DNA from: Selaginella moellendorffii
Lineage: Eukaryota > Plantae > Lycopodiophyta
Direction of reading: 5' to 3'
NCBI RefSeq assembly: GCF_000143415.4
Contig: NW_003314338.1
Span: 382,202 to 446,201, forward strand
Length of the DNA stretch: 64,000 nucleotides
The notes under the pieces were generated by a model, which searched no databases, was not told the DNA's origin, and worked only from the letters and a program-made list of their open reading frames with translations. Made by a program: the position numbers and the translations under genes. Shown here piece after piece: positions 11,977 through 21,450 of this stretch (within the stretch, counting starts at the first letter, position 1; each line of letters starts with the position of its first letter).

Positions 11977-13620
11977 TTAAACATCAGCGTCCACATCCTT
12001 CTCTTCGCTTGGCTTGGCGTCGCCGCTCTCCTCCTCCGCCGGCGGCGGTGGAACCTGTTCTTCCTCGGGCAGCGGCTCCTCCACATAGTCATTCTCAAAC
12101 GCATCCGATGGAACCAGGTACAATCTCACCTGTGGCTTCTGCGGGTCCTTGACAAGAACATACTTACCTTCGGCCAGCTTCAAGCAAACATCCACGATCG
12201 ACTTGACAATCCCCCACATGTTGTTGGTGCTGAGATTGATCTGCGCTGCGAAATCCTTGGGCTTGTGCCCCTGGACGCTCAGCACCGTGTGGTTGTAGTG
12301 ATCGCGGGGATGGATCCTCGACACGTATCCCAGCTTCATCACGTCCGCGCTCGCCAGCAGCGCCTGCGCGGTCCACTTGGCGAGCTTGTTCGCGTTGTTC
12401 TTGAGCTCGGTCGCCAGCACCGCACCCCGCTGCGTCTCCAGCTTCTGCCTCCAGTCCACCCCCGAGAGCTTGGGATCGAACTCGTTGAGCGCGTTGAGCG
12501 TGAGGAAGACGCTGCCGTTCTTCGACTCCATGACGCTGTGGAGCTCGCAGCGCGCCACCAGGAACGTCTCGTCGTCCAGCTTCCAACGGCGGTACCTGTA
12601 CGCCACGCTCGCCGCCACCTCGCTGTCCCCGGCGAACGGGTTCTGCTCCTGGAACTGGACCTTGCCGCCGTCGCGGACGAGCACTTGCTGCGAAAAGTTC
12701 TGGTTGATGTACGCCGCCTCCACGCTGAGCGAGTGCGCCGAGTTGATGTCCTCCTTGGCCTCGGGCAGTGGCTCCTGGCAAGTCTCGTTCACGGACAGGA
12801 GATCCAGCTGCGAGTTGTCCCTCTTGTCGAAGAAGAGCTTGTTTCCAACGCGCTGGACGACGATGTCCCACGAGTAGACCGAGCGCGGAGCACACATGAG
12901 CGTGGAGAGGATGTTGTCCGTCGCAAACACCGTCGCCTTGTCCTCGCTGGCCAGGCGGCGGATCACCGGATCATCGCTCGTCGTCACCTTGAAGAAGTTC
13001 ATGTTCTTGAAGCGCTCAAGGCGGCGGTCGGTCTTGGGCGTGACGCGATCGTAGGCCTTGTCGTAGTACTCGAGCGCGCCGCACATCGCCAGGTCCTCGG
13101 GCTCGCCAACGTTGAAGTTGAGCTTGGAGAAAGTCGTGAAGGGGATCTGATCCAGCATCGTCCACTCGGGCTGGATGTCCACCGAGCTCCGGAACGCCGC
13201 CGCCTCCCGCCGCTGGGACGTCCGGTTCTGGTTGTACTGCTTGTCACGCCGCTGCTTCTCCTTCTCGGCCTCGCGCTTCTTGGCCTCGAGCTCCTCGTCC
13301 TTGCGCTGAGGCAGGAGGCGCTGGTTGGGCCGCCACTTGTTGTAGTTCCGCCGCGGCGGCGGCTTCCCATCCACGGGCTTGAATGTGTCCTCGTCGGCTT
13401 CATCGTAGACGAAATCAAAGACGCTCTCGCCCGCGCGCATACCTCGAGAGGGATAGGATCGGCTCCAATCGGCGGCGCGCCCCAGCTTCTCGTTCTTGGC
13501 GAAGGGCGCCAGGAGGAGCGGGCTCTGCGCCGCCGCCGCTGGCAGTGTCGATGACTCCGGCGGCCCCCATCCCTCCAGATTCTCCACCACGTCCGGGACC
13601 TTGAACCCCGCCCTCACCAT
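11977..13620 (-). CDS. eIF3d: Eukaryotic translation initiation factor 3 subunit D
   Basis: 547-aa intronless ORF with GWGP, PRSVYSWDIVVQRVGNKLFFDKRD, DWRQKLETQRGAVLATELKNN and GKYVLVKDP motifs. Confidence 0.97.
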   Translation of the reverse strand: MVRAGFKVPDVVENLEGWGPPESSTLPAAAAQSPLLLAPFAKNEKLGRAADWSRSYPSRGMRAGESVFDFVYDEADEDTFKPVDGKPPPRRNYNKWRPNQRLLPQRKDEELEAKKREAEKEKQRRDKQYNQNRTSQRREAAAFRSSVDIQPEWTMLDQIPFTTFSKLNFNVGEPEDLAMCGALEYYDKAYDRVTPKTDRRLERFKNMNFFKVTTSDDPVIRRLASEDKATVFATDNILSTLMCAPRSVYSWDIVVQRVGNKLFFDKRDNSQLDLLSVNETCQEPLPEAKEDINSAHSLSVEAAYINQNFSQQVLVRDGGKVQFQEQNPFAGDSEVAASVAYRYRRWKLDDETFLVARCELHSVMESKNGSVFLTLNALNEFDPKLSGVDWRQKLETQRGAVLATELKNNANKLAKWTAQALLASADVMKLGYVSRIHPRDHYNHTVLSVQGHKPKDFAAQINLSTNNMWGIVKSIVDVCLKLAEGKYVLVKDPQKPQVRLYLVPSDAFENDYVEEPLPEEEQVPPPPAEEESGDAKPSEEKDVDADV

Positions 13621-13728
13621 CGCTCGCGCCGCCCTAATCCAAGAACCCTAAAATGCTACTAGAGCCCTAAAATGGTGAGCCTGGATATACTGAGAACATT
13701 CGTTGCGGGAATATGCTTGATTATGCTT

Positions 13729-14273
13729 TTAGGGCACAAAGAGCACGAGGAGGAGGGCGACAAGTGGAAGGAGTGGTGGAGACGGAGGCGGCGGCGAGGA
13801 GGAGAATTCCGGGGCGGTGGCGGTGATGTTCCGCGAGGGGGCGGTGGTGGTGGCGGTGATCGCGAGCTTGAGATTGGAGACGCAGTGGCCGGGGACGCCG
13901 CAGATGAAGTAGGCCTTTGGGGAGGCGATGGCGAAGGAGGAATTGGGCGGGATGGTGGCGATGGGATTGTTGATGTTGCAGCCATCGAAATCGCCCTGCG
14001 TGACCTGGAGGACCGAGTGGCGGGGCGGAGTGTAGATGAAAACTGGGCAAGAGGAAAAGATCACTCGAATTGGATCCAAGATTGCGGCAAATTCACGATG
14101 GATTCCCACTTACCCAGCGAGTCTTGCCCCATCACGAAGCTGTACTTGCTCGCCCACTGCGCGTAGTCGACGCCCAGATCCCAGTGACGATCGTCGCCCA
14201 CCAGGTACGCTCTCGCATTCGCGCGATCGCTGAGAAGCAGGGACGATGCGATCGCCAGCAGCCAGTAGCCCAT
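13729..14273 (-). CDS. Phytocyanin (plastocyanin-like blue copper protein), probably GPI-anchored; exons 14273-14114 and 14042-13729
   Basis: Signal peptide, YLVGD...W...Y..WA, HSV and YFICGVPGHC motifs, Pro/Ser/Thr linker and hydrophobic tail; 71-nt phase-1 intron. Confidence 0.9.
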
Positions 14274-14553
14274 GAATGATCGATCGATCGAAGAAAGCAT
14301 TTTCCTTGGAGAAGCAAAGAGAGACGAATTGATTCGTTGGCGTGCCTTTGAATGAATGGAATCAACTCTTTCATAATTAATGAGAACTCTTGCGCCAAAA
14401 ACATTGAGGAACTTTCCCTTTTTCTTTACGATTTGATCGATCTCTGGATCTGTGCTACTACTCCTACTACTAGCTAGCTAGAGCTTTTGTACACGCCAGG
14501 GAAGCTAGCATAGCCATATAAACAGTAAGTGTTTATACACATACCTCTCTCCT

Positions 14554-16497
14554 TTAAAACTCCACACTACTGCTGAGTTGCAGAGAGAACGAAGCTCGTC
14601 GCAGATTCTCGAGCGGGGTCTCGACTTGCAAAACTAGGCCAGAACTTCCGGTGTGTTCACCGTTTCTCTTCGATCGGCCCACCTGTGGTAGTAGCAAGCG
14701 AACTGCGATTAAGATCACTGAGAAACGAGGAGGAAAACCCACCGAGATGGATGCAAATGCCGATGGCTCCAGCGTGGGCGAGCAGCCACAAGCAACGCTG
14801 AGTTTTTCCTTTGGTGAGTGTACAACCTCGGCCCTCCAGCCGGCGTTTCGTCCACCGAAAGTTGGAGTGACACTGCCAAACATCAAGTCATGGAGAGGAA
14901 AACTCGAAAAAGCTATAGTACCTGAGCTGTACAGTGGGTCTCAGCATTAATCCCGACCTCTGCCACGCTAGAGGCTGAGTAACTCCAACAGACACTGATT
15001 TTTCTGGCAAGTGGAGGGACGGGCAGATTCTCGTCCCGCATTGATTCTGTGGAAGAAAAGAAAAACTGAGTTTGATCGAAATGATTGAAGATATATACCT
15101 TGATTGAGAAGCTGAGTTTGCTTTCTCCGGGATGCCGACCTTGTAATTGCAGCAGTCCACCGTAAACTGGAAGAAAAGCGCTCCCGGACACACCTTCGCC
15201 CGCTACGTACGTCATCTGACCATTTGGAAACTGCAAGTCCATGAAAGACTGCAAATTCGAAAGGGAATCAGTACACACCGAGTCAAGGAAAAAGAAAAGA
15301 AAAAACTTACGCATGCCAGAGGATTTAAACAGATCATTGACATGAGCAGCCATCTCCGATGCTTGGACCATATAGCCGGGCACAAGGAATGCAATCCATT
15401 CTGTCGTGAAAAACAAACACAGACTCAAGTTTCCATATAGAAAAAATTAGATTTTTTCTTGCCTCCACCTTACCTTTCGATCAAAGCCATACCACAGCAA
15501 GTGACGCTTGGACAAATGTATCGGTAACAGAAGCGTTGTGTCCCGGACAAACAGGATAGGCCCGATTTGCAAGAGGAACAAAGGAGACGAACCATTGCTC
15601 GAGGAAGCTCCTCCATGGGACGCCTCGGCCCTCCACAGGTCCCCCCTTGCGACGACCGAGCTCTCGATGTCCTGAGTCCTACTATCGTAAGTCGTAGTTA
15701 CAGTGATGCTACTCTGCTCGCCACCACACACGCACAAAAGAAAAGTCACGATGCGCAAGAAAAACAAAGAAGAAGAGACAAAGGCTATTTACCTGCTTGT
15801 GGAATTGATTCGATGACTTGGTGATGGCTGCCACTAGCTCCTCTCTAGAAGCCTCGTAAGAAGCTGGCGCCTCTGCAGTGACAACATGAGCTTCTCTCAG
15901 TCCTTCTTCCATCCTCCTTTGCCTTGCGCTAGTCGGACTTTGCCAGGAGTTCAGCATGACACCGGCATCGCTGCTACTGTCCTTCCACTCCATAGTTCCT
16001 CCGGCCAATCCATCCTCCGACCCACAATGAAGAGGAAGCGAATTCCCGGAACTCAATCCCGGCGGAGCTTTGTGGAACTGATTCACGACATGGCCGACGA
16101 AACCACCGACGCATGCCCCCAGATCCGCTCGAGCTTGTCCCAGCCTGTTCCCGAGCTCCAAAAACGCGGAGGAGATTTCCGGAGCTCTATGAGTAATGGG
16201 AAGAAGCGGCCCCTTGCCAGAGATTTGAGCTCGCTCTCTCTCGTTCTCACTTCTTTGTTCCTGCTGCTGCTGCTGCTCCATGAACGGCCATGGCAAATTC
16301 AATCGTATGCCCCAGCTTTGCGGCTCTTGCCGGCTCGCATCGTCGGCCTGTGGCACGCAAACCCCAGTGGAGGATCGAATGTGGCTCTGGAGCATGCATC
16401 CCAATCCCTGGGCCAGGGAATTAAATTTCTCGGCAATGAATCCCTGCCCGTGGCGCTGCATTTCCTCCCAGCTCTCCATGGAGATCGAGCGCTCCAT
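14554..16497 (-). CDS. Conserved plant protein of unknown function (multi-exon)
   Basis: Exons encode MERSISMESWEEMQRHGQ, ARGDLWRAEASHG, HLLWYGFDRK, HSLCPAIWSKHRRWLLMSM, DLQFPNGQMTYV and end SSSVEF*. I recall these motifs from a land-plant family annotated only as 'Epstein-Barr nuclear antigen'-like. Confidence 0.75.
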
Positions 16498-16559
16498 CCT
16501 GCGATCACCGCCACATGCCGACCGATGGACGCGCGAGCTACAATCTAGCGAGCGAGCGC

Positions 16560-16684
16560 CATGCCCATTTCCCTACCTTGCTAAAACCGACCCTAGACCT
16601 AAATTTCTTCTTTAACCCTTTATGGGGTTTTGTAAAACCCTAGTGATTGGTTTGGAAAGCCCTAGTGATTAGGGTTTGTTCCTG
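16560..16684. promoter_or_regulatory. Compact bidirectional promoter with telo-box-like motifs
   Basis: Divergent ATGs at 16497 and 16685; AAACCCTAG (about 16636) and TTAGGGTTT (about 16669) lie between them. Confidence 0.5.
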
Positions 16685-19600
16685 ATGCCGGCGAAGAGAA
16701 AGCGGCAGCGGGTAAGATTTCCAGAGCTCCGGTTTTCGATTTCCCTGCATCGCATTCTTCTTCTCAGGATGGCCCGGCGCCAGTGCCGCTGCTTCCGCCA
16801 GAGATTCACGACGACGACATTGAGATTTCTGACGAAGATGTGGAGTTTGTGACCAAGAACAAAGGCTATGCCGGGTTCCTGAGTGGATTGGACACCAAAG
16901 GCATCACGAAGTGAGTTTTGAGTACCCGGAATTTCGCAGAGTTTTAATTCTTTGTGTTCCAGGCAAGTGCTGGGATTAAAGCCGGATTGGAATGGAGACA
17001 ACCTCGAGAGATTCTACGAGAAGAAGGCAAAAGTTGCGGCAAACAAGGATTTTGACAATGCACTCACTGTTGATCCTGTGGATGCCTTGCCGATCAAAAA
17101 CCCGGATGGGACGCTTGAGTATCGCAGGGTCGAGAAAGCAAAAGCAGTGCCTAGTCCGGAGAAGAAGCAAGATGCAGACGAGAAAGAACAGCCGACCAAA
17201 ACGAAACAAAAGGGTCAAGACAAGAGTATCAAAGCAAAGAAAGAGTCAAAACCCAGAGCGAAGGGGGCAGAGGTCGAACCTGATGTAAAGAAGCCGGCCC
17301 TGCAACCAGAAGTTCTGGTATGTTTTGAGTTTCTCCTGCCGTTACTTTTTTCTAACGAATTTCACTATCAGGAGGAGCTGCAGGAGTTCGTTTCCGTCGA
17401 AGAGAAACGCGGCCATATGAAGGAAAAAATAGCTAACCTTTCGACTGAGCTACTTTCGTGTCCCGAAGATTCAACTGGATCTTTGAAGGAGCTAATAAGC
17501 ATTTGCTCGGACAAGGACGACACTGTCAAGCACTTCGCGATGCTGTCGCTCATGGCAATCTTTCGCGACATTCTTCCCGGGTACTTGAATAGCAAATAAT
17601 TTACGACATTTCATACCAACTCTAATTCGTTGCAGGATCTGTATAACAGTTATCGCATAAGACCGCCTACGGAGAAGGAGCTCGAGATGAAAGTGTCCAA
17701 GGAGGTCAAGCAAACAAGGGACTATGAAGCTACTCTACTCAAATGTTACCAGGTTGGTTTTATAGTTGTTCTTTCATTCACAGGCGCTGTTTGTCCAGGG
17801 GTACGTTCAAACACTCATAAGAGGGAGCTATACAGCGTCTGGTCGACATATAGCTTTGAAATGCATGTGTGGCCTTCTTGAAGCGGTTCCACATTTCAAC
17901 TTTGGAGATAATTTACTTCGAGCTGTCGTCCCATTTTTGGATGCAAGTGATCCTGCTGAGAGGTATGTGTTCAAGGAGTTTGCATATCCCCTGCCATTTT
18001 CTGCATACCTCCTGACGTTTCGTACAGGACTTTGGCATCCCTAGCATTGTGTTCTCTGTTTAAGAACGAGAGAAAACATGGCGGGGAAGCCACTGTGGAG
18101 GCTGTCCAGCTAATTGCTGACTATGTGAAAGAAAGCGATTGCAATGTTCAGCCCGACGTTTTACAGGCTAGTGTTTTTTGTTTCCATTTGCTCGGACTTT
18201 ACTTGAGCCTGTGTGTACTATAGGTTTTTCTGGCGCTAACTTTTGACGAAAACATTGTTAATAAGAATGAGAAGGCCCTACACAAGCCTAAATCAAAGTT
18301 CAAGCGCGAGGACAAAAAAGAGAAAAGAAATACTTCGGCTGATGATATTCGCAAAGAGGTAGCTTGTTGATGATTTTGCTCTCTTTTATGTTTTCATTTC
18401 GTAGGTGGAAGACGACTTTCGAGAAGCTTCAACATTGCCAGATGCCAAAGAACGAAGAAAGTTGCAAACTGCTACTTTGTCTGCGGTTTTCGAGACGTAC
18501 TTTCGAGTCTTGAAGGCAGCTGTGGCACCTAGTACTGCCACAGACAGCTCCAGTTCACTATGCAGCCATCCGCTGCTGGGAACTTGCCTTCAGGGCCTGC
18601 TGAAGTTCTCGCATCTCATAAGCGTCGACTTCCTTGGAGATTTGCTTGCGGTTCTTCGGAAGCTGGCCGAAGGAAAATCAAGTGTGGAAGAGAGGCTCCA
18701 GTGCTGTGTTGCTGCCTTCAGAATCATGAAAGCGAATTTGGACGCTCTTACCGTGGATTTGAAGGAGTTTTATGTTCACTTCTACGACGTTCTTCTCCAC
18801 CTGTATCCTGACAGGTAAAAATGACTCTTTTGTTTCTTTTTTATCATGGCTTGTTTGTGTGACAGGAATCTAGACAGTGAAAACAGTTTTGCTGAGGCTT
18901 TACAAGTTATTCTTTGTGAGAGTCGGCACCACGATTTGCAGAGAGTGGCTGCCTTTGTTAAAAGGCTTGCGGCTGTTTCCTTCCATTTTGGATCCAGCAC
19001 CGCCATGGCTGGTAAGCAGCATTTCTCACTGCAAAATACATTCATTTAACGAAGGTCTTCGAATTGCAGCATTGGTAACTATCAGGCATCTGCTTCTTCG
19101 CTACAAGAAATGCCGTAATCTTCTGGAAAACGACGGTGGTGGTGGAAATGCCATGGTGAGAACTTCGAGCTTCCTTTCCTTTTTTACAAACCTACGAGCT
19201 TCCAGGTTTTCCACCTGACCGAGCCTGATCCCGATCTAAGTGGAGCCCTGTCGTCCGTCCTGTGGGAGCTCGCGCTGCTTCAAAGCCACTACAATCCGGA
19301 AGTCGCCAAGCTATCCCAACAGATTGCCGGCACTCTAGCATCCGAGAACTTCTCCGTGGTCATGTCACCCAAGGACGCCACGGCCGCGTACTCGATACAA
19401 CAAGGCGGCTTTCGCCCGGCCGTGAAGCTCCCGCCCTCCAAGCTCGTGAAGAAGAGCTCATACAAATCGCGGCAAGCTCCAAGTTCGCTCCCGGATGCTG
19501 TAGAGGACAGCGAGAACGCTGTGGACTTTAGAGACTACTTTCGATTGCTGCGGGACATAACCGAGAACCAAGCGCTCAGGAAAGAGCTCGTCAAGAGCAA

Positions 19601-19712
19601 GACGATGGTGGAAATGTATGCGCGATATAAGAGTGAGAAACGCATCGCAGCAGCCGGGAAGAAATCGAAGACGAAGGGGCCAAGGAAGATCAACAAGAAG
19701 ATCAAAGCTTAG
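16685..19712 (+). CDS. NOC3: Nucleolar complex-associated protein 3 (multi-exon)
   Basis: LSLMAIFRDILPG/YRIRP..EKE..KVSKEVK..RDYE, EAVPHFNF, VFETYFRVLK, KFSHLISVDF and RVAAFVKRL motifs across short GT-AG introns. Confidence 0.9.
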
Positions 19713-19857
19713 AACGAGGGAAGATCGATTTTTTCGAGTAAAATAAGAAGTGAATCAAAGTTTAGTATGCTTATAGAGTATAGAAAAGAAATTAGGGCAA
19801 AAGACGCGTTGCGAGGGGAGGGGCGATCGATCGATCGATCTCGCGGGCGCGGCGAAG

Positions 19858-20475
19858 ATGAGCTCCAAGAGGTTAGTGGAACAGGTGATGGAGCTCAAGA
19901 TCACATCCAAGACGCTGGCGCGCCAGGCGCGCAAGTGCGAGAAGGAGGAGAGGGCCGAGAAGCTCAAGGTGAAGAAGGCGATCGAGAAGGGCAACATGGA
20001 CGGCGCCCGGATCTACGCCGAGAACGCCATCCGCAAGCGCTCGGAGCAGCTGAATTACCTGCGCCTCTCCTCGCGCCTCGACGCCGTGGTGGCGCGCCTC
20101 GACACCCAGGCCAAGATGATGACCATCAACAAATCCATGACCTCGATCGTCCGCGCGCTCGACACCGCGCTGGCCTCCAACAATCTCCAGAAGATCTCCG
20201 AGACCATGGATCAGTTCGAGCGGCAGTTCGTCAACATGGAGGTCCAGTCGGAGTTCGTGGAGACCGCCATGGCCGGGAGCACGTCGCTGTCGACGCCCGA
20301 GGATCAAGTGAACACTCTGATGCAGCAAGTGGCCGACGACTATGGATTGGAGGTGTCGGTGGGATTGCCCCAGGCCGCCTCCCACACCGTGCCGCCCATC
20401 AAGGAGGCGGCGATCGATCAGGCTGACGAGAGCGATCTTAGCCGCCGGCTCGCGGAGCTCAAGAGCCGGAGCTGA
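19858..20475 (+). CDS. CHMP1: ESCRT-III associated protein CHMP1/VPS46 (Snf7 family)
   Basis: 205 aa with [23 protein letters not shown] and C-terminal [13 protein letters not shown]. Confidence 0.95.
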   Translation: MSSKRLVEQVMELKITSKTLARQARKCEKEERAEKLKVKKAIEKGNMDGARIYAENAIRKRSEQLNYLRLSSRLDAVVARLDTQAKMMTINKSMTSIVRALDTALASNNLQKISETMDQFERQFVNMEVQSEFVETAMAGSTSLSTPEDQVNTLMQQVADDYGLEVSVGLPQAASHTVPPIKEAAIDQADESDLSRRLAELKSRS

Positions 20476-20980
20476 TCGATTCGCTCGGCCGGTGTGTGTG
20501 TCGATCGATCGAGCCGAGCGAGCGAGCGGGCGGTCTGTCGATCAATCGGTGCCGGGATGGATCGATTGGTGATTTTCGGGAAGAAAGTAACGGGAAGGAG
20601 AAGAATCATATGGCTTGTAAAGATTCCGTGTGGAATATGCTCTTTAATTTAACCAAGTTATTAAGTATGACTTTTAGGGTTTCCAGCTTTTAGGGTTGAA
20701 AGCCCTAATTCTGAATTTTGGGCGCCAAGTTAATGGCACCATAACAAATACATACGTTGCGTATTAATATACAGGGGAATGTAGGCCGCTTGATTTGTGG
20801 GGAAGTAAAAATGGCAAGTTACTTGACGCGATATTTACGTCGTCAACCGCAAATATCAGGTGGAAACACCTATAGGCGCCGCTCTTTTCTTTCATTCCTC
20901 CATTTCTCCAGCTCCTGCTGTGCGAGCAAAGCGATCCCTCTCTTTCCTTTGGCCTGTTCTTGGCTATCGATCCATCCCGG

Positions 20981-21450
20981 ATGTCTGAGTCTGAATCTCA
21001 AGAGCGCCAGCAGCTGCAGGACCTCAAGCTCCTGTACTTTGAACACCGGACTCCGGTGTTCAAAGTACAGGAGCTTGAGCTTGAAGTCCGAGTATATCTT
21101 TCTGCTTTCGTTTTGCTGCTTGCAAGCACTGACTAGCCATCGTTTTTGTGCAAGATCGCAAAGAAGGCATCGCTTCCTCCCTGCCAGAGCCGCCATCGCC
21201 GCCATCGCCGCCACGGCCGGCGAGGCCCGCGCAGCCGCGATGGCGGCCAAATGAGGAACAGCTCGCCATCCTGGAAGATTTCTACAAGAAAGGGACGCCG
21301 ACATCGCAGGACAACATCGATACAATCACAGAGCTCCTCTTAACAAAGTTTACTCTTGGTTAAACGCAAGCGCCGTCGCATCGAGGAGGGCTCGGGCTCC
21401 TCCGCCATCGCCACCACCGTCGGTTTCCAGTCCGCCGCTTCATCTGGTAA
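20981..21450 (+). pseudogene. WOX-type homeobox pseudogene
   Basis: RWRPNEEQLAILEDFYKKGTPTSQDNIDTITELL, then NKVYSW and KRKRRRIEE in shifted frames; the turn before helix 3 and the FQN core are deleted. Confidence 0.65.
21023..21079. repeat. Perfect 28-bp inverted repeat with 1-nt spacer
   Basis: CTCAAGCTCCTGTACTTTGAACACCGGA-C-TCCGGTGTTCAAAGTACAGGAGCTTGAG. Confidence 0.97.

Noticed and set aside
8083-13554. Long antisense and alternate-frame ORFs over both eIF3d copies (361, 429, 243 and 166 aa)
   Set aside because: Expected shadows of GC3-rich coding sequence; no independent motifs
19767-20426. 219-aa and 170-aa ORFs overlapping CHMP1
   Set aside because: Alternate-frame artefacts of high-GC codon usage
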